Assembly: GCA_037189525.1 (NCBI GenBank)
Contig: JBBCJC010000011.1
Span: forward strand, 11,634-75,633
Source of the DNA: Gemmatimonadales bacterium
Lineage (GTDB): Bacteria; Gemmatimonadota; Gemmatimonadetes; Gemmatimonadales; GWC2-71-9
Direction of reading: 5' to 3'
Length of the DNA stretch: 64,000 nucleotides
Each line of letters begins with the position of its first letter. Within the stretch, counting starts at the first letter, position 1. The translations under genes were made by a program, and so were the position numbers. Below, piece after piece: positions 28,567-38,232 of the stretch. The notes beneath the pieces were generated by a model. The model made no database searches. It was not told where the DNA came from and saw nothing but the letters and a program-made list of their open reading frames with translations.

Positions 28567-29772
28567 TTACTCCGAGGCGTGCATCAGCGGCGGGGCAGAG
28601 GTAAAGAAGTCCCGGTAGAACGCCGCCTGATATTCGTCGACCAGCGACTCGACCCGGTCGTGCTTGGCGGCCGCGACGATCAGCCCCGCATGGTGGCGCT
28701 TGGTCAGCCGCCAGGCGACTTCGGGAGCATCATAGCCCGAAAGGTCGGGCCATTCCTGCTTGGCAAGCGACAGCACCAGACCGGCGTAGTGCTTCTTGAA
28801 CGGCATCACCAGGTACGGCTCGTTGGCTTCCCGGCACTCCAGCTTGGCCCATTCGCTCCAGAGATTGAGGCCGGTGGCGCACTCGACCATATCCACGATG
28901 TGGGCGCCGCCGACGCGGGCCGAGGTTTCCAGAAAGAAGAAACGCCCGTCCGGATGCCGGATGAACTCGGTATGCGAAACGCCCTGCTTGAGGCCGAGTG
29001 CCTTGAGGAGCTGCTGATTGAAGGTGAGGAGCGACCGTTCCTCGCGGCTCCGGCGCCGGAGGGTCCGGGAGGAGAACACCCGCCCTTCGTGCGCCGCTTC
29101 CAGCGGGGGCGTTCCGTACTGGCTCGCCAGAGCAAAGCGGACCCGATGGTCGGCCACGATCGAATCGACGTGGAAGACCTCGCCGGGAATGAACTGCTCG
29201 AGCAGATAGAGCGATTGCTCGTCTCCCAGCGCATCGAGCACCGGCCACAGGTCCTCGCCCGAGTCGATCTTTCGGATCCCGATGGCGGCGGCCATGAAGC
29301 GCGGCTTGAGCACGTAGGGCCCGGGGTGCGCCTGGAGGAACGCCTTGATTTCGTCGTAATTGATGATGGGCACGAATGCGGGAATGGCCAGGCCGGCGCT
29401 GCTCGCTTTGGCGCGCATAGCGAGCTTGTCCCGAAAGTACCGGGCCGTCGTGTCGCCCATGCCGGGGACTCGCAGATGTTCACGCAGGGCCGCGGCCTTC
29501 TCGACGTCGAAGTCGTCGAGGGCCACGATCCGGTCGATCTTGACGGTGCGCGCGAGCCAGCTCACCGCTTTGATGACATCGGCCATGTCCCAGCGATTGT
29601 CGACGTCGGGCATATAGTAGACGTCGTCGAGCGATTCCCGCGGCCAGTCGGCGTGCTCGAGACTCTTCGAGGTCAGCAGTAACACTCTGGCGCCCAACCG
29701 CTTGGCGGCGACCAGGAAGGCGTCGCCTTTGCGATAGCTTGCCAGGCACAGGACAGTGAGCGGACGGTGCAT
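28567..29772 (-). CDS. ATP-grasp domain protein
   Basis: FRDKLAMR, YVLKPR, LLEQFIPG, HTEFI, FFLETSARVGG. Confidence 0.88.
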   Translation of the reverse strand: MHRPLTVLCLASYRKGDAFLVAAKRLGARVLLLTSKSLEHADWPRESLDDVYYMPDVDNRWDMADVIKAVSWLARTVKIDRIVALDDFDVEKAAALREHLRVPGMGDTTARYFRDKLAMRAKASSAGLAIPAFVPIINYDEIKAFLQAHPGPYVLKPRFMAAAIGIRKIDSGEDLWPVLDALGDEQSLYLLEQFIPGEVFHVDSIVADHRVRFALASQYGTPPLEAAHEGRVFSSRTLRRRSREERSLLTFNQQLLKALGLKQGVSHTEFIRHPDGRFFFLETSARVGGAHIVDMVECATGLNLWSEWAKLECREANEPYLVMPFKKHYAGLVLSLAKQEWPDLSGYDAPEVAWRLTKRHHAGLIVAAAKHDRVESLVDEYQAAFYRDFFTSAPPLMHASE

Positions 29773-29899
29773 TGGGCGCTCCGGAGGGAGACACGAGATA
29801 CCCTCGCGAACCTTAGTCGGATTCTGCGGGCCGTCAACGCGTTCGCGCCGGCCTCGGCGCTCCGGAACCCGGTCTCGATCCTCCATCCGTGCGGCAGGA

Positions 29900-29929
29900 T
29901 TGAAGGCGATGGAGGTTCGGGCTATGTTC
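29900..29929 (+). promoter_or_regulatory. Sigma70-like uvrA promoter overlapped by a candidate LexA box (GTTC-N7-GTTC)
   Basis: TTGAAG(29900)-17 nt-TATGTT(29923); GTTC-GGGCTAT-GTTC at 29915-29929. Confidence 0.55.
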
Positions 29930-29936
29930 AGGGGTT

Positions 29937-32792
29937 ATGGCGCAAGAATTTCTGCGGGTCCGTGGTGCGCGCGAGCACAATCTCAAGAACATCTCCGTTT
30001 CGATTCCCCGTAACCAGCTGACGGTCATCACCGGCCTGTCCGGGTCCGGAAAATCGTCGCTGGCGTTCGACACCATCTACGCCGAGGGGCAGCGGCGGTA
30101 CGTCGAGTCGCTGTCGGCCTACGCCCGGCAGTTCCTCGGCCTGATGGAAAAGCCCGACGTCGATGCCATCGAGGGTCTCTCGCCGGCCATTTCGATCGAA
30201 CAGAAGTCGACCGGGAACAATCCCCGCTCGACGGTCGGCACGGTAACGGAGATCTACGACTACATGCGCCTGCTCTGGGCGCGCGCGGGTGTGCCGCACT
30301 GTCCGAATGACGGGTCGCCAGTGACCCGGTCCAGTGCCAGCCAGATTACCGAGGCGGTTCTGGGCTGGCCCGAGGGCACCCGGATCGAGGTGCTGGGCCC
30401 GATCGTTCGGGGCCGGAAAGGCGAGTTCCGTGAACTCTTCGACGACCTGGCCAAGCGCGGGTTCGTCAGGGCCCGGGTCGACGGCACCGTCTACGAGCTT
30501 GGTGCTGTTCCCAAACTCAACCGCCGCCAGAATCACGACGTGGCCGTCATGGTCGACCGGCTGGTGGTGCGGGAACAGGATCGGAGCCGGCTGGCCGACT
30601 CGATCGAAACGGCGCTCAAAGCGGCGGACGGGATCGTCGAGTTCATTCGCTACGATCGCGGGGCGTCGGAGGGCGAGTCGGTCCTTTTTTCGGAACGGTT
30701 TGCCTGTCCCAAGTGCGGCCTGTCGATGCCCGAACTCGAGCCGCGCCAATTCTCGTTCAACTCGCCCTTCGGGGTGTGCCCCGATTGCCACGGGCTGGGC
30801 ACCCGTCGCGAAGCGGTGACCGAATTGGTCTTGGGCGACCCATCGATTTCGATTCTCGAAGGGGTCGTGCTTCCCTGGGGCGAGCCAAGCGGCTACCTGC
30901 GCAAATCGATTTTGCCGACCTTGGCCAAGGCGTTCAAGTTCGATCTCCATAGCCCCTGGAAGTCGCTGCCCGCGGCCGCGAAGGATATGCTGCTGCACGG
31001 CGTGTCCAACAAGACCTTCAAGTTCAAGATGGAAGGCGGGAAATTCAAAGGCGAGTACGAGACGGGCTGGGAGGGCATTCTCAAGAACGTCGAGCGCCGC
31101 TTTTACGAAACCCAGAGCGACACGGTCCGGCAGCAGCTGGGCGACTTCATGGTGGAGATGCCCTGTCGCACCTGTCAGGGGCGCCGCCTCAAGCCCGAGA
31201 GTCTGGCCGTCTTGCTGCACGGCAAGAGTATCGGCGAGGTGGTCGACTATGCGGTCGACGATGCGCTCGCGTTCTTCGACGGGATTCCAGTCGCGCGGGG
31301 GCGGGCCGGGGCGATCGACCCGGAAATCGGCGCGCCGATCCTCAAGGAAATCCACGATCGGCTCTCCTTCCTGCGGGACGTCGGTCTCGAGTACCTCACG
31401 CTGGGCCGCGGGGCGGGAAGCCTCTCGGGCGGTGAAGCGCAACGAATCCGGCTGGCGACCCAGATCGGGTCGCGCCTGGTGGGCGTCCTCTATATCCTCG
31501 ACGAGCCCAGCATCGGGCTCCATCAGCGCGACAACGACCGGTTGCTCAACACGCTTCGGGAGTTGCGCGATCTGGGCAACACGGTCCTGGTGGTCGAGCA
31601 CGATGAAGACACCATCCGCGCGGCCGACTACGTCGTCGATCTGGGGCCGCGGGCCGGACGCTTCGGCGGTGAGATCGTGGTTGCCGGCAGTGTCGAGGAC
31701 GTGGAGCGCCATCCCGATTCGCTGACCGGCCGCTACCTGCGCGGCGAGCTGCGGATTCCGGTGCCGGCCACCCGACGATCGATTACGCCTTCACGAAAGC
31801 TGCGCATCGTCGGGGCTCGCGCCAACAATCTCAAGAACCTGACCGTCGACATCCCGCTCGGCGTCTTTGCCGTGGTGACTGGGGTATCGGGGTCGGGCAA
31901 GTCGACTCTGATCACCGACATCCTCTATCAGTCCCTGGCACGGCAGTTCTATCGGGCCAAGGTCGTGCCGGGCGCGCACAAGACCATCGACGGGTTGCAG
32001 CACCTGGACAAAGTCATCGACATCGACCAGAGCCCGATCGGCCGGACGCCGCGGTCCAACCCGGCGACCTATACCGGTCTGTTTACCCCGATCCGCGAGC
32101 TGTTTGCGCAGCTGCCGGAAGCGAAGATACGCGGGTACGGCCCCGGGCGGTTCTCCTTCAACGTCAAAGGCGGCCGCTGCGAGTCGTGCGAAGGCGACGG
32201 GCTGGTCAAGATCGAGATGCATTTCCTGCCCGACGTCTATGTCGCGTGCGAAGTCTGCAAAGGACGCCGCTACAATCGGGAAACTCTGGAAGTGCGCTAT
32301 CGGGGCCGCAGCATTGCCGATGTGCTCGAACTGACGGTGGCCGACGGGCTGGACTTTTTCAGCGCGCAGGGCCGGATCCGCGACAAGCTCGAACTGCTCA
32401 ACGATGTCGGCCTGGGCTACCTCCATCTGGGCCAGTCGGCGACGACCTTGTCCGGAGGCGAAGCGCAGCGGGTCAAGCTCGCCACCGAACTCTCCAAGCG
32501 CGACACCGGGCGCACCCTGTACATCCTGGATGAGCCGACCACCGGGCTCCATTTCGAAGACGTCCGGCTCCTGCTCGATGTATTGCACCGGCTGGTCGAC
32601 AAGGGCAACAGCGTTCTCGTCATCGAACACAACCTCGACGTCATCAAAACGGCGGACTGGATCGTCGACATGGGGCCCGAAGGGGGCGCCAAGGGCGGAC
32701 GTGTCGTGGCGGCCGGGACGCCCGAGGCGGTGGCGCAGGTGGCGGAGAGCCATACCGGACACTTCTTGCGCCGGCTCGTTGCAGCGGGCTAG
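29937..32792 (+). CDS. uvrA: Excinuclease ABC subunit A
   Basis: GAREHNLKN, two GxSGSGKS Walker A motifs, two LSGGEAQR signatures, zinc fingers. Confidence 0.98.
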   Translation: MAQEFLRVRGAREHNLKNISVSIPRNQLTVITGLSGSGKSSLAFDTIYAEGQRRYVESLSAYARQFLGLMEKPDVDAIEGLSPAISIEQKSTGNNPRSTVGTVTEIYDYMRLLWARAGVPHCPNDGSPVTRSSASQITEAVLGWPEGTRIEVLGPIVRGRKGEFRELFDDLAKRGFVRARVDGTVYELGAVPKLNRRQNHDVAVMVDRLVVREQDRSRLADSIETALKAADGIVEFIRYDRGASEGESVLFSERFACPKCGLSMPELEPRQFSFNSPFGVCPDCHGLGTRREAVTELVLGDPSISILEGVVLPWGEPSGYLRKSILPTLAKAFKFDLHSPWKSLPAAAKDMLLHGVSNKTFKFKMEGGKFKGEYETGWEGILKNVERRFYETQSDTVRQQLGDFMVEMPCRTCQGRRLKPESLAVLLHGKSIGEVVDYAVDDALAFFDGIPVARGRAGAIDPEIGAPILKEIHDRLSFLRDVGLEYLTLGRGAGSLSGGEAQRIRLATQIGSRLVGVLYILDEPSIGLHQRDNDRLLNTLRELRDLGNTVLVVEHDEDTIRAADYVVDLGPRAGRFGGEIVVAGSVEDVERHPDSLTGRYLRGELRIPVPATRRSITPSRKLRIVGARANNLKNLTVDIPLGVFAVVTGVSGSGKSTLITDILYQSLARQFYRAKVVPGAHKTIDGLQHLDKVIDIDQSPIGRTPRSNPATYTGLFTPIRELFAQLPEAKIRGYGPGRFSFNVKGGRCESCEGDGLVKIEMHFLPDVYVACEVCKGRRYNRETLEVRYRGRSIADVLELTVADGLDFFSAQGRIRDKLELLNDVGLGYLHLGQSATTLSGGEAQRVKLATELSKRDTGRTLYILDEPTTGLHFEDVRLLLDVLHRLVDKGNSVLVIEHNLDVIKTADWIVDMGPEGGAKGGRVVAAGTPEAVAQVAESHTGHFLRRLVAAG

Positions 32793-32841
32793 GCTTGGAC
32801 GGTGGTTGCGGACGTAACTCTGGCTGATTTCGAGGTCTCCT

Positions 32842-35106
32842 GTGGATAGACGATTTGTCCTGACGATGTCGCTGCTGCTCGTACCGGCTCTGGTAACCGC
32901 GCAGCAGGTCGACCGGCGCGCGGATCCGTCGCTGGTCACGGTCCAGCGGGTGTACGGGAGCGCGGACTTCCAGCCGGAGCGGTTCGGACCGACCCGGTGG
33001 CTGGGCGACGGGTCATCGTACACCACACTCGAGACGAGCGTGAGCGGCGGCGGGCGGGACATCGTGCGCTATGACACCCAAACCGGCGCGCGTGAGGTCT
33101 TGATTCCGGCGTCGCAGTTGATTCCGTCGGGCGCCAACGCCCCGCTCACCATCGAGGACTATCACTGGGGTCCCGGGCAGCGGAAGCTGCTCGTCTACAC
33201 CAACTCGAAACAGGTCTGGCGTCTCAATACCCGCGGCGACTATTGGGTGCTCGACCGCGCGTCGGGCCGGCTCAGCAAGCTGGGCGGCGATGCGGAGCCG
33301 TCGACGCTGATGTATGCCAAGTTCGATCCCGCCGGTGAGCGGGTCGGCTACGTCCGCAACAACAACATCTACGTCGAAGATCTCGCGACCGGCGCGATTA
33401 CCCAGCTGACGCACGACGGCAGCCGCACGGTCATCAACGGCAACTTCGACTGGGTCTACGAAGAAGAACTGTCGCTGCACGACGGGTGGCGCTGGAGTCC
33501 CGATGGAACCCGGATCGCGTACTGGCAGCTCGAGGCCGACCGGGTCCGGGACTTTCTGATGTATCGGACCACCGATTCGCTCTACTCCTCGATGGTGCCC
33601 GTTCAGTATCCCAAGGCGGGTGAAGACAACTCGGCGGTTCGGATCGGTGTCGTGCTGGCTACCGGGGGGGCCACTCGCTGGCTCGATATCGAGGGCGACC
33701 CGCGCAACATCTATCTGGCCCGGATGGAGTGGGCGGCGTCGAGCGACGAACTGGTGGTGCAACGGCTCAATCGGTTGCAGAATCGGCTCGACCTCCTGAT
33801 GGCCGACGCCCGGAGCGGTGCGGTGCGCACCATTCTCACCGAGCAGGATTCGGCCTGGGTCGAGGTGGTCGACGACCTGGTCTGGCTCGATGGCGGCAAG
33901 TCGTTTACCTGGGTGAGCGAGCGCGACGGCTGGACCAAGGCCTATGTGGTGTCGCGAGACGGCCGTCAGGTGCGCGCGATCACGCCGGGGGCCTATGACG
34001 TAATCGGCATCCGCGCCGTCGACGAGCGGGGTGGCTGGCTCTATTTCATCGCGTCGCCGGACAATCCGACGCAGCGGTACCTCTATCGGGTCCGGCTCGA
34101 CGGCAAAGGCAAGCTCGAACGGGTCTCGCCAGCCGGGCAGCAGGGCACCCACGTCTATAATCTCTCGCCCGATGCGCGCTGGGCCATCCATACCTTTTCG
34201 AAGTTCGGCACGCCGCCGGTGATGGCGCTGGTTCGCTTGCCGACGCATCAGACCGTCCGCACCGTGGTGACCAACACCAAGCTTGCTGCGCAGGTCGACG
34301 CGTTGCGGCGGGGGCAGGCGTCGTTTGAGCGGGTCGATATCGGGGGCGGAATCCAACTCGATGCCTGGATCATGCGGCCGCCCGGGTTCGATTCGACGAA
34401 GCGTTATCCGATTCTGTTCTCGATCTATGGCGGGCCCGGATCGCAAACGGTGCTCGACAGCTGGGGTGGCGCCAACTACCTCTGGCATCTGAGTCTGACG
34501 CAGCGGGGCATCGTGGTGGCCAGCGTGGACAACCGGGGCAGCGGGGCCCGCGGTCGCGACTGGCGCAAGATCGTCTACGGCCGTCTCGGCGTGATCGAGA
34601 CGCAGGATCAGGCTGCCGCGGCGCAGGCGTTCGCCAAGAAATCGTGGATCGATCCGACCCGGATGGGGATCTTCGGCTGGAGCTACGGCGGGTTCATGAG
34701 CCTGAACGGTCTGTTCCAGGCGCCGGATGTGTATTCGACCGCTGTTTCGGTGGCGCCGGTGACCCACTGGAAGTATTACGATACCATCTACACCGAGCGC
34801 TACAACGGGCTGCCCCAACAGAACGCGGCCGGGTATGATCAGGGGTCGCCCTTGTCGTATGTCGATCGGATGAAGGGCAACCTGCTGTTGGTCCATGGCA
34901 CCGGCGACGACAACGTGCACTATCAGAACACCGAGTCGTTGATCGATGCGCTGGTGGCGGCCAACAAGCAGTTCCGGCTGATGTCCTATCCCAATCGGAA
35001 CCACTCGATTTCCGGGGGCACCACGTCGGTCCACCTGCGGACCATGATTTCGGATTATCTGGTCGAGAAGCTCACACCGGCAGAGCCGCCCCCGGCCCGC
35101 CCCTGA
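32842..35106 (+). CDS. Dipeptidyl peptidase IV, S9B family, secreted
   Basis: Signal peptide; DWVYEEE, YPKAG, GWSYGG, YTERY, HGTGDDNVH, NH. Confidence 0.94.
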   Translation: MDRRFVLTMSLLLVPALVTAQQVDRRADPSLVTVQRVYGSADFQPERFGPTRWLGDGSSYTTLETSVSGGGRDIVRYDTQTGAREVLIPASQLIPSGANAPLTIEDYHWGPGQRKLLVYTNSKQVWRLNTRGDYWVLDRASGRLSKLGGDAEPSTLMYAKFDPAGERVGYVRNNNIYVEDLATGAITQLTHDGSRTVINGNFDWVYEEELSLHDGWRWSPDGTRIAYWQLEADRVRDFLMYRTTDSLYSSMVPVQYPKAGEDNSAVRIGVVLATGGATRWLDIEGDPRNIYLARMEWAASSDELVVQRLNRLQNRLDLLMADARSGAVRTILTEQDSAWVEVVDDLVWLDGGKSFTWVSERDGWTKAYVVSRDGRQVRAITPGAYDVIGIRAVDERGGWLYFIASPDNPTQRYLYRVRLDGKGKLERVSPAGQQGTHVYNLSPDARWAIHTFSKFGTPPVMALVRLPTHQTVRTVVTNTKLAAQVDALRRGQASFERVDIGGGIQLDAWIMRPPGFDSTKRYPILFSIYGGPGSQTVLDSWGGANYLWHLSLTQRGIVVASVDNRGSGARGRDWRKIVYGRLGVIETQDQAAAAQAFAKKSWIDPTRMGIFGWSYGGFMSLNGLFQAPDVYSTAVSVAPVTHWKYYDTIYTERYNGLPQQNAAGYDQGSPLSYVDRMKGNLLLVHGTGDDNVHYQNTESLIDALVAANKQFRLMSYPNRNHSISGGTTSVHLRTMISDYLVEKLTPAEPPPARP

Positions 35107-35137
35107 GGCTGGGATGGCCGGAACCGTCCGGTCGACC

Positions 35138-35164
35138 TGAAACATTTTGCAACGTCGGGTCGTA
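35138..35164 (+). promoter_or_regulatory. ECF sigma (SigW/SigM-like) promoter candidate for the psp-like operon
   Basis: TGAAAC-ATTTT...-CGTA with a 17-nt spacer, 38 nt upstream of the first ATG. Confidence 0.55.
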
Positions 35165-35202
35165 GGCAGAGCAATCGTCCCAGAGTGAGGATTACGAAAG
35201 CG

Positions 35203-35496
35203 ATGGCCAACCCCGATATCGTCGTCCCGGTTTTCGGAATGATCACGGGCATCCTGACGACCGGGGCCCTCGCCTGGGGGATGGTCAGAGTGTTCCAGGG
35301 TCCGGTGGGGCAGGCCCTGGCACGGCGGATCCAGGGACGGGGCAGCGCGCCGGAGCCCGAGCTTCTCCATGAAATCGACGATCTGCGACTGCAGGTCGAT
35401 CAGATGCAGCAGCGGCTGACCGAAGCCGAGGAACGGCTCGATTTCAGTGAACGGTTGCTGGCGCAGCGGTCGTCGGGGGAGAGCGGGCGGTTCTGA
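35203..35496 (+). CDS. Small TM + coiled-coil protein, paralog 1 (PspB-like architecture)
   Basis: TM, GPVGQALARRIQG, EAEERLDFSERLLA. Confidence 0.8.
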   Translation: MANPDIVVPVFGMITGILTTGALAWGMVRVFQGPVGQALARRIQGRGSAPEPELLHEIDDLRLQVDQMQQRLTEAEERLDFSERLLAQRSSGESGRF

Positions 35497-35539
35497 GGGC
35501 GGCCCACCGGACGGTGATGTCTCGAGGACGGGAGGAACG

Positions 35540-35800
35540 ATGGAAGGGATTCTGGCGATTCTGCTCATCTTCGGCGGCGGTACGCTCGGCGTCTTGGCGT
35601 ACAGTCCGATCGGGAAGGCCTTTGCGGCACGGATCCGGGGAGACCAGTTGCCGCCGGAAACCGATCCCGCGGTCCTGGAAGAACTCGATCGGGTCAGGCA
35701 CGAATTGGCGGAGTTGGCGGAACGGGTAGATTTCGCGGAGCGCCTGCTTGCGAATCGGGGCGAAGCACCGGTGTCGAGACTGCCGGAGGTGGGGTCATGA
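35540..35800 (+). CDS. Small TM + coiled-coil protein, paralog 2
   Basis: GGAGG RBS; SPIGKAFAARIRG, ELAERVDFAERLLA. Confidence 0.8.
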   Translation: MEGILAILLIFGGGTLGVLAYSPIGKAFAARIRGDQLPPETDPAVLEELDRVRHELAELAERVDFAERLLANRGEAPVSRLPEVGS

Positions 35801-36183
35801 TGCAGGTCGTCGTTCAGGTGCCGAATCCACCTCAGCCGCCGGACGTGTCGGTGATCGTGGCGCAGCCGCCTGACCTGCCGCCGTTTCCCCCGTTCCCGCC
35901 GGGCGGCCCGCCCGAGGCACTCATTATTGCGGGTGTCGTGATCGTCGGGATCATCGTCGCCGGCATCGTGTTCGGACCGTTGCTCCGGGCGTATGCCCGT
36001 CGGATCGAGGGCAAGGGCGCCGATGCGCAGCTTGCGACCGAGGTGGACCAGCTTCGGATCCGGGTAGCCGAGCTCGAGTCGGTGCAGCATCGGGTCGCCG
36101 AATTGGAAGAGCGGGTCGACTTCTCGGAACGCCTGTTGGCCCAGGGGCGTGAGTCCCAGTCGATCGGCCGGAATCCGGGTTGA
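35797..36183 (+). CDS. Small TM + coiled-coil protein, paralog 3, with a Pro-rich N-terminus
   Basis: ATGA overlap; GPLLRAYARRIEG, ELEERVDFSERLLA. Confidence 0.8.
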   Translation: MMQVVVQVPNPPQPPDVSVIVAQPPDLPPFPPFPPGGPPEALIIAGVVIVGIIVAGIVFGPLLRAYARRIEGKGADAQLATEVDQLRIRVAELESVQHRVAELEERVDFSERLLAQGRESQSIGRNPG

Positions 36184-36185
36184 GT

Positions 36186-36581
36186 ATGTCCTGGTTCCGT
36201 AAGCATTTCGGGATGGACGCGATCGATCTCGCCATCCATGCGGTGATGACCGGCACGGTGGCGGCTTTCGTGGCCGAACTGTTCCGTGGTCCGGCCGACG
36301 ATGCGATGATCGCGGCCGTGTTGGCCGGATCGCTCGCGGTCTTCTCCTGGCGGCGGCACCGCGGTCTTGCCAAGCTGGCGCGGACCCCCGAGGGGCTCAC
36401 CACGGGGCAGATGGCTGCCGCCCGGCTGGAAGAGTTGGAGCAGCGGGTTGCCGATCTCGAAGCGGCGGAAGCCCGCGTCCTGGAGCTGGAAGAGCGGCTC
36501 GACTTTACCGAGCGCCTCCTGGCCCGGACAGCCGACCAGGCGGCCATCGCTCCGGTCGCACGCGGAGATCACCATGGGTGA
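36186..36581 (+). CDS. Two-TM + coiled-coil protein, paralog 4
   Basis: GLTTGQMAAARL, ELEERLDFTERLLA. Confidence 0.8.
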   Translation: MSWFRKHFGMDAIDLAIHAVMTGTVAAFVAELFRGPADDAMIAAVLAGSLAVFSWRRHRGLAKLARTPEGLTTGQMAAARLEELEQRVADLEAAEARVLELEERLDFTERLLARTADQAAIAPVARGDHHG

Positions 36582-36846
36582 GCTGGGCTTTTTCGCCTTG
36601 TTCGGCGCGATTGCGGCCATCGGGGCATCGCTCTTTCTCGGTCCGATCGGGCAGGCCATCGCGCGCCGGATCGCGGGTACCCCGCCCAAGGGCCGGGACG
36701 GACTCTCCACCGGCGAGATGGCCGCCGAGCGGGTTGCTGGGCTGGAGGCGAGAGTGGTCGAGCTGGAGGAGCGCCTCGACTTCACGGAGCGGTTGCTGGC
36801 GCAGGGTAACGGCGAGCCGTCGGCCTTACCCGACCGGACGCCCTGA
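36574..36846 (+). CDS. Small TM + coiled-coil protein, paralog 5
   Basis: GGAG RBS; GPIGQAIARRIAG, GLSTGEMAAERV, ELEERLDFTERLLA. Confidence 0.8.
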   Translation: MGELGFFALFGAIAAIGASLFLGPIGQAIARRIAGTPPKGRDGLSTGEMAAERVAGLEARVVELEERLDFTERLLAQGNGEPSALPDRTP

Positions 36847-36903
36847 ATTCGGCCAAACGCAGTACATTTCTCGCCTCGGTATCGGGGCGGAGGAGGACGG
36901 CGC

Positions 36904-37299
36904 ATGGTAACAAAGGACGATCTGCAGACGTTTCTCGACCGGGTCGACGGCGGGGCCGTCGAGGTCCGGGAGGTCGAGTCCGGACTCTGGCTGGTCCGCA
37001 CGCAGCAAGGGGCTGAGGTCGTGGTCCACTACTCGCCGCCGGTGGTGATCCTCCGGTTGCGCGTGATGGAAGAGCCGGCCGCGGTCGAGCGGCGGAGCGA
37101 GCTCTTCCGGCAGTTGCTCGAGCTCAATGCCCGTGACCTGGTCCACGGATCCTACGGGCTCGAGGGTGATCACATCGTGCTCACCGACACACTGGAGCTC
37201 GAGAACCTCGACTATTCGGAGTTCGAGGCGAGCTTCGACTCGCTCACCTTGGCCCTGTCATCGCATCTGGGCGCTCTGGCGCCGTACCGCGAAAGGTAA
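36904..37299 (+). CDS. YbjN/CesT (type III chaperone-like) domain protein
   Basis: Acidic 131 aa; LFRQLLELNARDLVHGSYGL, LENLDYSEF; GGAGGAGG RBS. Confidence 0.75.
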   Translation: MVTKDDLQTFLDRVDGGAVEVREVESGLWLVRTQQGAEVVVHYSPPVVILRLRVMEEPAAVERRSELFRQLLELNARDLVHGSYGLEGDHIVLTDTLELENLDYSEFEASFDSLTLALSSHLGALAPYRER

Positions 37300-37306
37300 G
37301 CCGCGA

Positions 37307-38065
37307 ATGGGTATCTTCGAACGTTTTTCGACCATGCTGCGGTCGAACATCAACGACCTCATCAGTCGGGCCGAGAACCCCGAGAAGATGTTGAATCAGT
37401 TGATTCTCGACATGAAGACGCAGCTGGCCAAAGCCAAGCAGGAAGCGGCGGGCGCCATCGCGGACGAAAAGAAGCTGCAGGCCGACGCCGAAGGGCTCAA
37501 GAAGCAGGCGGAGGACTGGGAGCGGCGCGCCATGCTGGCCGTGCAGGAGGGCCGGGACGACCTCGCCAAGCAGGCGCTGATGCGCTACAACGAGGCCCTG
37601 CAAGGTGCGCAGCAGCTGCACGAGACCTGGGCCAAGCACCGCGCCGATACCGAGAACCTGAAGCTCCAGCTCCGCCAGCTCCACGATAAGATCGAGGAAG
37701 CCAAGCGGAAGAAGAACATCCTGGTCGCCCGGGCCAAGCGCGCCGAAGCGCAGCAGCGGATCCAGCAGACCATGTCGGGGATGTCGGACAAGAGCGCGTT
37801 CGAGTCCTTCGATCGGATGGCCGAGAAGATCGAGTCGATCGAGCGGAAGGCGCTCGCGGCCGCCGAACTGCAGCAGGAGTTCGAGGGCGACGACCTGACC
37901 CAGCAGTTCAAGCAGCTCGAGTACCATGGCTCGTCCGATCAGCAGTTGATCGAACTCAAAGCCAAGATGGGACTGCTCAAGGGCGGCAGCGACGAGGCCA
38001 AGAAGCTCGGCCGGGGCGAGGCCGTGGTGGATGATCCGGAAGTTCTGGAGGATGATGGCCGATAG
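37307..38065 (+). CDS. pspA: PspA/IM30 (bacterial ESCRT-III-like) protein
   Basis: MGIFERFSTMLRSNINDLISRAENPEKMLNQLILDM, GRDDLAKQAL, FDRMAEKI, ELKAKMG. Confidence 0.93.
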   Translation: MGIFERFSTMLRSNINDLISRAENPEKMLNQLILDMKTQLAKAKQEAAGAIADEKKLQADAEGLKKQAEDWERRAMLAVQEGRDDLAKQALMRYNEALQGAQQLHETWAKHRADTENLKLQLRQLHDKIEEAKRKKNILVARAKRAEAQQRIQQTMSGMSDKSAFESFDRMAEKIESIERKALAAAELQQEFEGDDLTQQFKQLEYHGSSDQQLIELKAKMGLLKGGSDEAKKLGRGEAVVDDPEVLEDDGR

Positions 38066-38078
38066 GCCCACGCCGTGG

Positions 38079-38118
38079 AAAAATGCAATGAGGGCCATTC
38101 GGCCCTCGTTGCATTTTG
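38079..38118 (+). terminator. Rho-independent terminator after pspA
   Basis: aaaatgcaatgagggcc-attc-ggccctcgttgcatttt. Confidence 0.8.
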
Positions 38119-38133
38119 TCATCGGCGACCGCC

Positions 38134-38172
38134 TTGACCGCCGCAGGTTATCGAATACAGTTCTGTATACGA
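38134..38172 (+). promoter_or_regulatory. Sigma70-like promoter with a palindromic operator over the -10 element
   Basis: TTGACC(38134)-16 nt-TACAGT(38156); palindrome tcg-a-ATACAG-TT-CTGTAT-a-cga. Confidence 0.55.
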
Positions 38173-38232
38173 ATGAGGCCCGAGCCGGAGATTCCGGCCC
38201 GGCAGCCCCCGTTCTAAACCCGTGACCTATAT

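Noticed and set aside
35420..36805. Five similar approximately 36-nt segments that could suggest a CRISPR or DNA repeat array
   Set aside because: They are codons of the shared ERxDFxERLLA motif, vary at third positions and are 270-390 nt apart; no cas genes are present
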